DNA of 62,787 nt, filler included, from Asterionella formosa (taxonomy: Eukaryota): assembly GCA_002256025.1 (NCBI GenBank). It is 18 parts of 18 records of this genome, joined end to end, with 100 filler letters (N's around TTAATTAATTAA, not from the genome) between each part and the next. Parts side by side here need not be neighbours in the genome. Positions count along the whole stretch, not along the records: positions 1 to 29,567 come from NKIB01000999.1; 17 more parts are not named here. One strand, given 5' to 3'. A model generated the notes under the pieces. The model had not been told where the DNA came from. It made no database searches and saw only the letters and a list, made by a program, of their open reading frames with translations. Positions 1 through 12,619 of the stretch are shown one piece after another. A program made the translations under genes and the position numbers. Numbering within the stretch: position 1 is the first letter of the stretch; every line of letters begins with the position of its first letter.

Positions 1-452
1 AATTTGAGTTTTAACACCCTCATCATCATCTTCATCACTGATGATGGTGCTGGGTCCTGGAATGCATGATTGGATGTCACTTCCTTAGTGCTGTTCTTGC
101 TGCAGCAATGGGTTGATTGAAGAAGGAAGGAAATGTCAACATACTGCAGCAATAGCAGTATGGACAAACTTACCATTCCAAGCACTGCAGCACCATCTGT
201 TTTACTCATGCCCAATTATATAGAACTATGATAGGCATGAGTGACCACTCCTATCTACTGTTCCCCCTTCATGGTCCACAATGGAGCACAATGATATCAT
301 CATACGTAGTCCTAATAATATTTTATAACTGCTTTACATAAAGGAGGAGTTCGTCTCCATCATGCATCAATCATTCTGTGTTATGGTCAGTTATGCATTG
401 TACTAGTAATATCATGACCACCACCGTCAGTAGCAGTGGCTTAGTTGTTCCT

Positions 453-800
453 CTAGGGCCCATTTCTGCTCAAGGGTCCAGACGTAGGAACAGTCAGATC
501 TCCAGGCATGGGGGTGCTCGTTCTCGCAAGTGGACGTAATGTTGGTGCAGTTGACGTTGCTGGTACTACGACTGGAAGCGGCGAAGCAGCATCATCAAAA
601 TCGTCCTCGACGTTCTCGTTGACTAGCGTGACGTTGTTGTGCGTATTCGTAGTACTGGTAGTCGACTTAGTCGTCGTCGCGTGGTTCATCAATGGTGGCG
701 TCAAGTCCTTTGGCATGGGAGTTCCTTTTCGCACCAATAGCCCTTGGACTGGTCGGGGTGCTGGCGCTTTCTTCGTAGATATGGATGGTTCGTTCAGCAT
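453..800 (-). CDS. Small low-complexity Thr/Pro-rich hypothetical protein with two TPMPxDLT motifs
   Basis: ORF 453..824 with first ATG at 800. It contains GTPMPKDLTPP and STPMPGDLTVP and has composition like neighbouring genes. No family recognised. Confidence 0.35.
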   Translation of the reverse strand: MLNEPSISTKKAPAPRPVQGLLVRKGTPMPKDLTPPLMNHATTTKSTTSTTNTHNNVTLVNENVEDDFDDAASPLPVVVPATSTAPTLRPLARTSTPMPGDLTVPTSGPLSRNGP

Positions 801-1865
801 GGCGTATTGTGAGCGAATGAGCAATAACGCAATTGGATGTATATAACAATGGAATGATTATGATCACAATAAATTATAATATTGTTTGATATATTCAAAC
901 CAAGAGAAATGAATCAATACCGGCCGGTACATACATACTGGACATTTGGAAAACAATGGAACAGCGCGCTGTTCCTTCCTCATCATCATGCAGTACCAAG
1001 GCGGATGGTGAGTGTGGGAAAGGAGAAAGTCGTACCGGCCAGTGCAACGTGCTTATGGCTGTACATTTTGCATATACTGGTAAATATGTTTATTATCATG
1101 TATATCGGACATTACAATCTGTGCTCGCCGGTTACGCAGTGCAGCATGCTTCCCAAATTTTATGATTTTGCTTCCCTGTACCTGATGCATGGTACCATAG
1201 TACCCTGGTACTGGTACCAGGTACCGTACCAGCAGTACGACTCATATTTACTCTTCTGTCCCATCACCACCATCACAAGGAATACGACCGGCATGCTACA
1301 TATGCCCATGGACTCTACTTGGTTGGTCCATACCTACTCCCTCGTCCAGTACTGGTAGTACCTGGGGGTAGTCTACCTAGAAAAATTCTCCCACTTCTTA
1401 GTATTTTGTCGTAATTTGCTTGACAGAATCCTCGACGTAGTATGACCGACCAGGTCGTACCAGGGGGTGTACAAATAACAATCGTTGTTCGCGCCGTGGT
1501 CGCTCTTCAAAGCAACACTCCAAGAACAAGGACATCACGAACACGCATGAAATGTCGTGTCGAAAAAAATGTGGACGGGTGCGCTGCGTAATAAAAAAAA
1601 CTACCTATGTAATATACCCGTAACGGTACTTCATCAAACACGGTTGTTCTATTTGTATTTGATGATGATTCGATATGCCAGGCACATCAAATAATCTAGG
1701 TACCAGTATCATGCATGATAGGAATTGATGACATTGATGAATGATTTGTTTCACGCTTTCTTTAATCTCCTCACACTCACATAAATTTGTTGTTGACAAA
1801 CAAAGCAATTCTACAATTATACTCGTCTCTATCTATACTTTTATTATTTCAACTAGTCTTGCATA

Positions 1866-2399
1866 ATGATGAGTGCTCTATCGTCCACTGCTACTACTGC
1901 TGCTACGAGCATGAACAACAGTACTAATAATAGTACTACCATGAAGTACAGTATCCAGAGCAAGACCCACTATGCTATTCACCAGGACGATGACAAGAAC
2001 AAACAAAATTATGATAATGGCTTGGTAGTTGTCATTGTAGTTGGAAGAACATGTAACAAGGCGTATGAAATTCCATTTTCCTTGTGGGAACATTTGCAAG
2101 TTTATGCATCCAGAGTGGACGAGGAGAAGGAGGAAGTGGGCTACAATGTTATTCTTCATACAGAACCATACTACTTTAATTGGTTGATTCATTATTCAAT
2201 CCATTCTTCCTTACCATCAGTATTGTTGGAAGATACCATGGAAGCGTATGAAGTTTTGTCAATGGCAGTGGAGTTTGGTTTGGATGATTTGATGCAATAC
2301 TTGGATGAAGAATTGACCCATGTGCATCAAGGCAGGGGTGGTAGAAGCACTGCCATTGATACTGATATCATAATGTCGGATCAACAAGAAAATGAATAA
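1866..2399 (+). CDS. BTB/POZ-like domain protein
   Basis: 177-aa ORF with the pattern VVIVVG...YEIP...L...EPYYFNWLIHY...LP...VLSMAVEFGLDDLMQYL, resembling the BTB fold and its C-terminal 'A..F.L..L' helix. Confidence 0.5.
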   Translation: MMSALSSTATTAATSMNNSTNNSTTMKYSIQSKTHYAIHQDDDKNKQNYDNGLVVVIVVGRTCNKAYEIPFSLWEHLQVYASRVDEEKEEVGYNVILHTEPYYFNWLIHYSIHSSLPSVLLEDTMEAYEVLSMAVEFGLDDLMQYLDEELTHVHQGRGGRSTAIDTDIIMSDQQENE

Positions 2400-2470
2400 A
2401 CTCTCCGCTCGTGAAGAGTATAATGATTGCGCTTTGCAATATGTGGACTATAGTAAAGTGAAACTGCTTG

Positions 2471-3781
2471 TTAAAAAATAGTAATCATGACAAATGCCGA
2501 ATATAGTAATGCAATGGGATAGGCAATCAAGTATCGTTGATCTCTCATGCCACATCCTTGCTCCAACAATCTAGTCGCTGCCACGGTGGACCACACGACT
2601 GTAATGACTCCCAACACTCGTCCAGTCCTTTGGAGGGATGCCACATGGATTAATACAATCAATTTGATGGCTGCCAATAAATTGACCGGGAGGAGAGCGT
2701 ATCCCAAAATACTCGTAACAGTCCACATGGAAATGGCCTCCTCTCTAGGAGTCATGAGATTCAACACAACAGTCATGCTACAGCATCCAAATAGACCGAA
2801 TCCATAAATGTACCCAAATTGAATCTTCCCAGCAAGGAGTAGTTCACCTCCCAACAACAATCCCAGTACCAACGGTCCGTACAAATCTGCATCTTGGATG
2901 ACAGCGGCATCCATGTCTCCACCAAAGCGTTGAAATGGAAGTACTACAGCCCTAGTTTTCGCAACAATGTGATCCATGTGAATGCCAAGTTCTTCAAGGA
3001 GGGGGGGTTCATCGCTCCAATCTGTCATGTTGTTACCATCCATCATCATGGTGTTTGTTGAGGATGATGATGATGTAATAATGTTGGCTGCGGATTGGTC
3101 CATTGTGTATGGTGCGGGTGCTCCATAGGAGTAGTATTGCATGGATGGTGCTGAGTTGTCCATGGGACCAGTCATGACGGGGTTAAATATTTTCGTGGTT
3201 GCAGTTCCATCCATGACACCTTCCAATCCTCCCGAGGAAGGCGGCTGTGATGGGCGGGTTGTTGCTGTTTTTGTGGGACGATTCGATGTGGCAGCAGTAT
3301 TAGAGCTATTGGTGATTGTGTTGGGAGTGGATAGGAGGTATGGATTCATGACGGCAGGCGCTGTTGTTGTTGTTGTTGGCTTGTAAAACTGAGTTGGCTG
3401 AGTTGCCATTATAGAAGAATACGGAGGTGCTGCAGTAACATTGGCATTCGAAATAGTTGTAGTAGTATTGTAATGTGAGTAGCGTTGTGGAACTCCTACA
3501 GCAGCAGTAGCCGTAGCAGGAACAGGAGCAGCAGCAGTGGGCAACGAGGACGAGGACCTGGGTTGACCGTTCGCTGTTGAATTAATATTTCGAACCAGTG
3601 AAACTCGATGAGGCTTCTTGACAGCAGCGGCTGTCGTTTCTATGGCAGCAGCATCAGCAGCAGTAGTAACAGCAGGAGGAGGCGGCGGTGGAGGTGGCCT
3701 CGACGCATTGGTTCTCGACCGCAGCGATTGTGGCGGGGCTTCCGCGACAAAGCTCTTGAAGAAGTCATCGGATGTTGCCAT
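2471..3781 (-). CDS. YIP1: Yip1-domain protein (YIPF5/7, Yip1p-like; ER-Golgi Rab-interacting membrane protein)
   Basis: Signature DEPPLLEELGI, DLYGPL, FGYIYG, SILGYALLP and QRYLIAYPIALLY, with multiple TM helices after a long low-complexity N-terminus. Confidence 0.92.
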   Translation of the reverse strand: MATSDDFFKSFVAEAPPQSLRSRTNASRPPPPPPPPAVTTAADAAAIETTAAAVKKPHRVSLVRNINSTANGQPRSSSSLPTAAAPVPATATAAVGVPQRYSHYNTTTTISNANVTAAPPYSSIMATQPTQFYKPTTTTTAPAVMNPYLLSTPNTITNSSNTAATSNRPTKTATTRPSQPPSSGGLEGVMDGTATTKIFNPVMTGPMDNSAPSMQYYSYGAPAPYTMDQSAANIITSSSSSTNTMMMDGNNMTDWSDEPPLLEELGIHMDHIVAKTRAVVLPFQRFGGDMDAAVIQDADLYGPLVLGLLLGGELLLAGKIQFGYIYGFGLFGCCSMTVVLNLMTPREEAISMWTVTSILGYALLPVNLLAAIKLIVLIHVASLQRTGRVLGVITVVWSTVAATRLLEQGCGMRDQRYLIAYPIALLYSAFVMITIF

Positions 3782-4482
3782 GATTGAATGTGTGATTTCT
3801 TTTTTACTTGGCTAGCTAGTTATACTGTCAGTTGTAATGAATGTAGTAGTCTAGTTGGAAGAAATGGCTGGACAGTGAGCGACCACCAGCTAAAGCAGTG
3901 ACAAGGGGGAGTGGTTTTTACAGTGAAATACTCAAGGCCACAAACAAGAAGAAATTCAGCAGCAGGCTCCTTGGAAAATTTATAATTTTTAGTATCAACA
4001 GTCTACCGGTGTGGTACCCCAAGTACAATATGAAAAATTAGTACCTGGCGGCTGGCGGTATCGGGTAGACTACCGGTATGTTTGGCTGCAACCACGTATA
4101 TTCCTGTGGTATCATACATATGTTGCTACCGGTACGTCTGTTTTGATGGGGTTGCTTACCTGTACCTGTAACTATTGTACCTGGGACCTGGTACCAGGTA
4201 CCAGGTACCAGTAATTGCATTCTAAAATATATCCCGGATAATAACAGAAGAGTCTGAGCAACCCGGAGAATTGGGACTGAGATTTGACAGTGAAGTTCGT
4301 GACTGCTTGAAAAAGAGCGCGTCATCAAAGAGATTTACCGGAACCCCCCCCCCAACTGATGATACCGACAAACAAATATATACCGGTAAAATAATATTAT
4401 ATTTTATATATGTACCGGTATATATTGATATGAAAGAAGCAAAAGGAGAAGACACTCAAATCAACACATAAAACGAAATAAA

Positions 4483-6582
4483 ATGGAAAGAATCATTTCA
4501 CCATTCATCATGATGGAGGAATCGATTAGTTACATTCCACTCAACGACGACGGTGACGAACATGTTGCAAAGGATGCCAACATCAGTCCCAGCAGTAACA
4601 GTACTGTTGTGAGCAATTGCAGCGCAACAGTTCAGCAACATCCACAAGACGATACCGGTCATGAATCGAAAGGAAAGCAGATACTAGATTGCTTACATGG
4701 CAACAATTATGTCAATGTATGGCAATTGCGAACCTTGGCATTACAACATGGTGGACTATTGTCAATACAATATAGGAAGCAAGCATGGCCTAAACTCCTG
4801 GCTGCTCATGTTGCACTCCTATCGTCCGATTCTGTTTCTACTTCTACGGAGAATGGCAGCCGGCATACTACCAATTACGAGAAACATCAACCCATTTCCA
4901 AGCAGGACTTGATTCGCTTGCAAGAAAATGCCAGTCAATACTCATCACTAAGGATGAATACCTTCAATCACAACAATGACGAACAACAACTACGGCAACA
5001 AGACCTTTGGATACAAATGATCTTGACCATTTTGCAACAAACACCAGAGACTGAAAACCCATATGTCACCGACGATCGATATCGATATTATGATGGATTG
5101 TTAGATATCACTATATTGCTTTGGAGAAATTTGGAATCACCATCATTGACTGTACTACTTTTGAAAAAATTGGCAATGTGTCATTTGAGAGATTTCATGA
5201 GACCAGCATCTTCATCATTATTGTTGGAAGAAACCATACGATGCACCATCCTCCCGTTGTTGCAGCAGGTCGATCCCAAACTATTAATTTTGGAACATTC
5301 GCTCTTAGTAACGAATGCTATTCCATGGGTGCAATCTTGGGGTTGTTGTTGCCATCCCTCTTTTGAAGTTGCATCAAGACTTGCTGATGTCATTCTGGCA
5401 AGTCATCCCGTTATGCCAATGTAAGTTCTTATTGGAGTAGTCCCAGTGATAATATGAGTACCATGGCCAATTCTGTTGATATGCTTTTGAGACAAAAATT
5501 ACAAAACTAACCACATGTATATTTTGTTTCACAGGTACTTGTATGTTGCATTCCTTCACCAACATGCTTCCACAATTTTGGAATCACCAACTACCATGAT
5601 TTCTAATCTTGACATTTACAATGTGGAAGAAATCATTGCTTTGGCATTGGACTATATTCGTCTTGTTCCTCCACCTCCTCCACCTTCTGGTTGCCATTTA
5701 ACCATGTTGCAACCATATCGGGTCGACTATTGGGCACCTTCAGATTTGACATTGTTACAACAATTGCAATTGCATTCTAATACTATACCATTGTCACCAA
5801 CGCCATCATCATTTCAAGATCCCAGTACTTGGCCCTTGGCCGTGGTGGCAGTTGGACAATGTGTCATGCTTCCACCAAGAAAACGAAATGTATGGGTATC
5901 ACTAGTTGCAGTTGTTATAGTGCTTTTGGTGCTTTTGGGCAAGGGAATGCCCATGATGAAACTTGGAAATACATCATCGACCAGAAGGACACACAAAAAG
6001 TCAAGGGTTGTCAATTTAACAGCCATGGAACATGATCGAGTCGACAAATTGTTTCAGCAGCGTGTCAAGAAATTACAACAACAAATGGTAACAACCAAGA
6101 ATGAAACAATTGTGACGAAAGGAATAAAGAAGATATCCCCCAAGAGAGTCATTACCAAACTACTATCTTTGTTTCCAACAAAGAAGGAAAGTGGCAGTAC
6201 AATACGGCCGAAAGTGCTCACAAAGCAGAATCATGGGCTTTTGTTCAAAGTCAAATGGATGCTGCAAAAGCAGAAAGAAGCGCCCATTCAACAGCAACAA
6301 GCAATCAAGAAGGAGAACCATGGGTTGTTGTTCAAACTCAAATGGATGCTGCAAAAGCAGAGAGAAGCAACCATTCAACAGGAACAAGTGTTCAAGAAGG
6401 AGAACCATGGGTTGTTGTTCAAACTCATGCAAATGTTGCAAAAGAAAGAAACACCCGTTCAAGGGCAGCAAGAAGTCAACAAGGCGAACCATGGGTTATT
6501 TTTCAAACTCAAACTGATTTTGCAAAAGAAGATGCAGCAAGGATTAAGCAAAGCTAGGAATCAGAGCTATTCAAGCCAATGA
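4483..6582 (+). CDS. TBC1D20/Gyp8-like Rab-GAP (TBC) domain protein with a TM helix and a C-terminal repeat tail; 2 exons (4483-5420, 5535-6582)
   Basis: LRTLALQHGGLL..RKQAWPKLL, YRYYDG, HLRDFM, AIPWVQSW and SRLADVILASHP. The GTAAGT..CACAG intron 5421-5534 restores HPVMPMYLYVA (TBC1D20 has HPLMPIY). TM segment VWVSLVAVVIVLLVLLG. Confidence 0.75.
6223..6531 (+). repeat. Coding tandem repeat, about 87 bp / 28-29 aa x 3.5 (KxNHGLLFKLKWMLQKQ..)
   Basis: Four occurrences of AAYCATGGGYTNTTNTTCAAA spaced 84-87 bp apart. Confidence 0.9.
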
Positions 6583-7657
6583 AGATGAGAGATATTCCTG
6601 TAAAGATTGAATTTGATGTGGGGTGTGCCAGAAAAAGTGCCCATCCAGAACCACAAGTGGTTGTATATGATATGTTAACTAATATGATGCATATAATATG
6701 TTGTTAACCCATTTGTAGTATCCATAGGTCAGTAGAATTTACATTGGTATAGTCAATGAAGGGAAGGAATAAAAGAAATGAAGAACCTTAAATAATATTT
6801 TCATCAAAGTATATTTTTTTACTTCACACTTCAAGTGGTGGGTGACATATTTGAGCGATGTTTGAGTTTGCACAAGTGAAGTATACCATGTGATGCTGCA
6901 GCTAAGGCAAAATTTTGTAAAAGGTGGTTGGAGACTCATCTAATCTAAATGAAATTGGGGAAGCTCAGGAGGACTTGTCAACAGGTAGCACAGTAAGCAC
7001 AATTGAATACTTAGACATGATAGGGCGGGAAGTAATACTAGTAGTTAGTTCCATTGTAGAAAGTTTGCCACTTCATGGATTGAACCACCCAGGGTTCATC
7101 ACCATTTGCCAGCATTACATATTGTCAAAAATTGCGCGTGTGACAATGAAGGAAAAACAGTTATCCAAGAATTTCTAGTTTCATTATTACAAAGAACCTA
7201 TAGGCATCAATTGAGGAAACATTATTAATTGACAGGAATGTCAATTAGATTATCTAGCACCAGGAAGGCTAGAAGCAGAGCATAGAGAATGTCACTTCGG
7301 GATTTTGGCAGGAATATTGTTCAAAATTGATCGAATTCGACTGAACTGGTACCTGGTACCATGGTACCGGTAATAACAAGAAGCATACCGGTACTAGCAA
7401 GGCATACCGCATAAATCTTGACACACTAATTAATTTACCGTTTTATTATAATATATATATATAGTTACCGGTACTATTATTTTACCACCTGGGATGGTGT
7501 CCTCAATTTTTTTGTGTTGCTCATGTACGTATGTAATGGAGACATTGATTGGTATGGTACCTGTGGCTGGTAGTCTGTATTTTCTGACAATGGCGGACGG
7601 ATGTCTCTCTCTCTCTCATGACACTGTACCCAAAACAGATATAGACGAATAGATAGA

Positions 7658-9013
7658 ATGAGTTACACGAACAACAGCAACAGCAAGAACGATGATGATG
7701 AACCACGATTGGGTCTTGGCTACAGCAACAATAACAGCAATAACAGCAACAATGGAGCACAATCAAATGTCGATGCCTTGATGAAACAATATCTTCAACA
7801 ATGCCTGGAGTATCACAATGAACAACTACAGCAAAAACAACAACAACAACAACAAGACAGCCCTGAGTTCCTACCAGCATCCAACAACGAGACAGAACCA
7901 ATCATTGAGGAACATTCCAGTACCACCAATGACAGTAGTAACAAACCAGAAATGTTAGTCATTGTTCCAAAAGACAGTTTGGCCAAAGCTCGAGCTGTGG
8001 CACAATCATTTTACTCCTATGCGACAGTGCCACAAGAACCATTAGCAGCACCAATACTCCCAGTATCAGATTACAAACAGCAACGAATTCAACATTTTGA
8101 ACAAGAACAAGTCAAGTTCCAACAAGCATGGATCAAGAATTTAAATTACATTACCAAGCGACAAGAACAGAGGATAAAACATCAACAAGAACAAATTGAA
8201 CATGTCAAACGACAAGAACAGCGACTTGATCAACAGCACAGAGAACATTACAACAATCGTACATCGTCATTTACTAGTACAATGCCAAAACAAACCATGG
8301 TACAACGGAATTTTTCCATTGCACCATTCAACAAACATTATCGCAATAATGATACTGCGTCTGCTGCTGCACTCTATATATCAGGTCTACCACCCGCGAC
8401 AATCTCAGAAAGTCTTATACGTGAACTGTTTGAGAGTTATGGGAGTATTCAAAAGGTACATTTGTATAGACACAAAAGCACTGGGACATTCAAAGGGGAT
8501 GGCTTATTAGTGTTTCGTGTTCTGGAATCTACTACAAAAGAGGAATTGGTGCATCTGGTATGTTCCCAGGTAAGTACGCATGCTACATGGAGTGTAAACG
8601 TACTATCATATTGTGAATGAGCACCATTATCCCTGCTGTGGAATGAAACCAAAGAGGGAACAAACCATTTCTGAGATTTCGATTTATTCTTCCTTGTATA
8701 TATATACATTTATTTGTTGTTTTTCTGGCTGTGTCCCCATCTCACAATATCAGAATTGTGTGTAATATGTATTTATGTAAATACTATTATTGTTCAGATG
8801 AATGGATGTCAATTGGCTTGTGGAAGTATTATTCAGGTCCAACCAGCTGATTCAACCTATGACAAAAATATTACATCTGCCACTTCTCCTACCCACAAAA
8901 AGCAAAAAGAGACAGCGGTGGTGGATGAAATCAATCCTCTTCCAGCACCGAATGATGATCAGAATGAAGAGTCAGTGGAAGATTTGGATGACTTTTTTGC
9001 TTCCCTTGCCTAA
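7658..9013 (+). CDS. RRM RNA-binding protein (Tat-SF1/Cus2-like RRM); 2 exons (7658-8569, 8798-9013)
   Basis: RNP2 LYISGLP and RNP1-like KGDGLLVF. The GTAAGT..TTCAG intron 8570-8797 gives CSQ|MNGCQLACGSIIQVQPA, completing the RRM. Gln-rich N-terminus. Confidence 0.8.
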
Positions 9014-9248
9014 TAATAGAGAATCCACCATTATATGTTATTTTTGAAACTACGTTTGTATTTATTACTATACAGGCAGCGCACTATCACCGCCATATGA
9101 TGCTGAAACACCCTTTCTATATTAAATTATAGTATGATTGACCTTTGTTTGAATACTTCGAAAAATGATTTGATGTAATACATGACAATTAAAAAAAATA
9201 TTTAAATTGCAAAAACTTGTACGAGAATGAGGAATGTACTCTACCCCA

Positions 9249-11118
9249 TTACAACCACGCCCGTTGCCATTCTCGTTCATACACATACACACCACGAACC
9301 TTCCAGTATGCTTCCATGAGTTCTTCTGGTTCTGCTCCGACCCAATCATTGCATGTTTTGTACTTTTTCGCTTGTATTGGGCAATCTAACTGATATCGGT
9401 TCCCGGCAACGGATCCACAAAATGCCAAATTAAACACCAACCTCATATTCTTGAAATGTTTGGCCTGACAACTAGTTTCATCACCTGTTTATAGGACAAT
9501 GATAATTGTGATACAAGAAGATGTAATAGATTGTTTGAGTTGATGAGTGACAATCCAATGAAAGCAAACACCATGGTATAGTCCGGTGTAGTGTGCCGAT
9601 AGTCAAGCCTAGTTGTACGTACCAATTGCAAAGTACCCATACGGAAGGGGCCACAAATCGGGGTCTGGCGAGACACGATCTTCTTCATTCGGTTGACTGG
9701 CAGTCGCAATAGCTTGCATCAAATTTTTCGGAACCTTGCCATGAGGAGTAAATACCCATGAACGCATATGGCGGTTGATCGGGTCCCATTCCAGCACATA
9801 AACTCCACCTCCCTTTTTATTGAGAGGAACGCCGAGTGTCCCCACACCATTGTCCACTGCCACGCATCCTTGATTCAACCATTGCTTTGGATTGTATACA
9901 AAGCAGTCGGTCGCATGTCGGATGGTCATATCTGGAATGCCAGTTTTTCTATCCGGTATTCCAATTGCCGTGTCCCACTTGCCAGTCATGACCCCGACTG
10001 GTACATCGTCCATGGTGCATCCATTCGTCGAATGCAGTGCCGTTTTGGCCACACTTTGGAAATTGACTCCTTCGACAATATCAATTTCTCCATTGACAGG
10101 CCAATTGGCTTCGTCTGTTAACCAAAAGGCTGGCCACACACCACATCCGGCTGGCATGTGTCGCAGGTCAATAACAAACAATCCTCTATTGAAACGTCGT
10201 TTGCCTTCCAATCGTATGGATTCTCTTGGATTATCTTTGGATGATGATGCAGAGGACATGTACACGAATGGTTTCATTGGAGTGATGGTTTGATTTTCTT
10301 GAACAAAGTCGTCGTCGTCGTCGTGGTTGGTAGTAGAAGTGTTTGTTCGATGTCGTGATTCCGTGATATTGGCAATCATGGCATCAAGAATGTCCTCTTC
10401 CATGGTAACATTAACAATCTCCAACTCCAAAGCTCGTTCTTCGGATACATATGTGTTGAAGCCATTGGATCCGACTGAATCTCTACCTTCATAAAAATTG
10501 TAAAAGTCAAAAAACTCGTCTCCTTCCTGATGATGATGATATGGTGGTGTGAGAGATAGAGTGATGTACTATTATGATGTAAAGTACTATAGGCGCACAA
10601 TCAGAATAGCAATACTAAAAGAATCATCCCTCGTACCTGTCGCTCCAACAACCGGTAGGGCCCAACTGGCTGATTGGGAGGCCCGACAAACTGAATTCCC
10701 AGTAGCAACAAGGCTGTCACTAGTATGAACGCCACAAAGGCAATGGCCAATAAAGCAAAAAAGGACGTTTGAGCCTTTGTTTCGAACTCTTTCTTCTCCT
10801 TGATACTTGTTGTGATGCTATTGGGAGTACCATCACTTGCAGTACTCGTCCGTGATAGGTTCAGGGACTCTCTCAAAATCTCCTCCTCTTCTTCTTCTGT
10901 GTCAACCTGTAAAAGTCGCATGGACAAATGATCCGCTGCCATGGCTTGTTGACGAAAGAAGCGAGACCGAATGTCTGGCAGCAAGTCCTCGTCGTAGTCG
11001 TCGTCATCATCATTGTCGGACAATGACAATGACTTGCTCTTGTTCTTGTTGGCCTGAAAAAATCTATTCTCGCCGAAGCTCATTCTGGGATGAACACTCG
11101 TTTGATGCACTTTGTTGG
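9249..11118 (-). CDS. GH16 endo-beta-1,3(4)-glucanase/laminarinase-like, type II membrane protein; exons (gap)-10637, 10526-9623, 9484-9249; 5' end lost in gap
   Basis: GCGVWPAFW, catalytic GEIDIVEG and HFKNMRLVFNLAFCG. Canonical GT-AG introns join RLLERQ|EGDEFFDFY and FAIG|DETSCQAKHF. TM helix FFALLAIAFVAFILVTALLLLGI precedes the catalytic domain. Confidence 0.88.
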
Positions 11119-11591
11119 NNNNNNNNNNNNNNNNNNNNNNNNNNNNNNNNNNNNNNNNNNNNNNNNNNNNNNNNNNNNNNNNNNNNNNNNNNNNNNNNNN
11201 NNNNNNNNNNNNNNNNNNNNNNNNNNNNNNNNNNNNNNNNNNNNNNNNNNNNNNNNNNNNNNNNNNNNNNNNNNNNNNNNNNNNNNNNNNNNNNNNNNNN
11301 NNNNNNNNNNNNNNNNNNNNNNNNNNNNNNNNNNNNNNNNNNNNNNNNNNNNNNNNNNNNNNNNNNNNNNNNNNNNNNNNNNNNNNNNNNNNNNNNNNNN
11401 NNNNNNNNNNNNNNNNNNNNNNNNNNNNNNNNNNNNNNNNNNNNNNNNNNNNNNNNNNNNNNNNNNNNNNNNNNNNNNNNNNNNNNNNNNNNNNNNNNNN
11501 NNNNNNNNNNNNNNNNNNNNNNNNNNNNNNNNNNNNNNNNNNNNNNNNNNNNNNNNNNNNNNNNNNNNNNNNNNNNNNNNNNNNNNNNNNN
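11119..11591. other. Assembly gap (473 N)
   Basis: Run of N. Confidence 1.
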
Positions 11592-12619
11592 AACCTATTT
11601 AGACATGTATCCATGAAGATCTGTTGCATCATTCTTTCAGCTGGACTTTTTTCTTCACAACATGAGTTGAAACAATAAATGATGATACATATCATGTGAG
11701 AATAAGTTATTGTGAAATTTAATGGAAAATCTTGTTCTTAAAATTATATTACTGTAATTTTGCTCCTCCATCCAAGCATTGTCCATACATACATTGATAT
11801 AGTACCATGTTGCAAAGTGACCAAAGGTGGAATTGAGCCTTATTCATCTCTGGAACTCATGATATGGAGTGGTGTGATATCATGGAACTTAACTATCATT
11901 CCTTCCACTTACTACTGCTATATGGAGTTGATTAGCTATATTCTTGCATTATTTTTCATCCATAGTAGCTTGAGCCTCCTCAATCTTGTTGTAATGGACC
12001 ATTCCTCCGACACAGACCAAATGTCTTGTCTATTTCACTTAGTAATAGCAAGTTGTTTGCTGGTGTGTGTCACCGCAACTTGGTTAAAATTACCCAAAAA
12101 TAAATGGTAATCAGTGCCCTTCTTGCAGAGGACCATCAACTCATTTTTTAGTCCAAATGTTGACAATAACCGAGCTGGTGGTGGTGGTAGAGCCATGATA
12201 TCACAGCGAAGAAACAAAGAAAAGTGACGATGCATGGGGATGGTCATTGTGATTGCAAAACAAGAAGCATTTTTGTGTGATACAAATCTTTAATAGAAGG
12301 GCTTGGATTATCTTTTGTATTTGGTCTCAACCCGATGATTTATCAAATTTTTCACCTTGTCTTATCATACCAAGATCTTTGGTGGCGTCATGCTATATTT
12401 CGGAAAAGCGAGAAGAACAGTGCGCATTGTCATATTCATATGATAATGCCAACACATCCAATCAATTGAGGCATAGTACAGAGTACCACCTAAACACTGA
12501 GAGTCAATGTTTACTAACCTCTTGTTCCGACTACAATTATCGAAGTTTCTTAAATGATAAAATTCGAACAAATTATGAACTTTATTGTAGACGGCGATAG
12601 TTACTAGGTGATGATAGCT

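Noticed and set aside
6163..6557. Overlapping Cys-rich or antisense ORFs in the repeat region
   Set aside because: They are alternative frames of the same 87-bp tandem repeat, with no independent support.
10601..11695. Long ORFs crossing the N gap (10601-11695, 10837-11616, 11090-11602, 11112-11678)
   Set aside because: These are artefacts of translating Ns. Only the GH16 exon below 11118 is supported.
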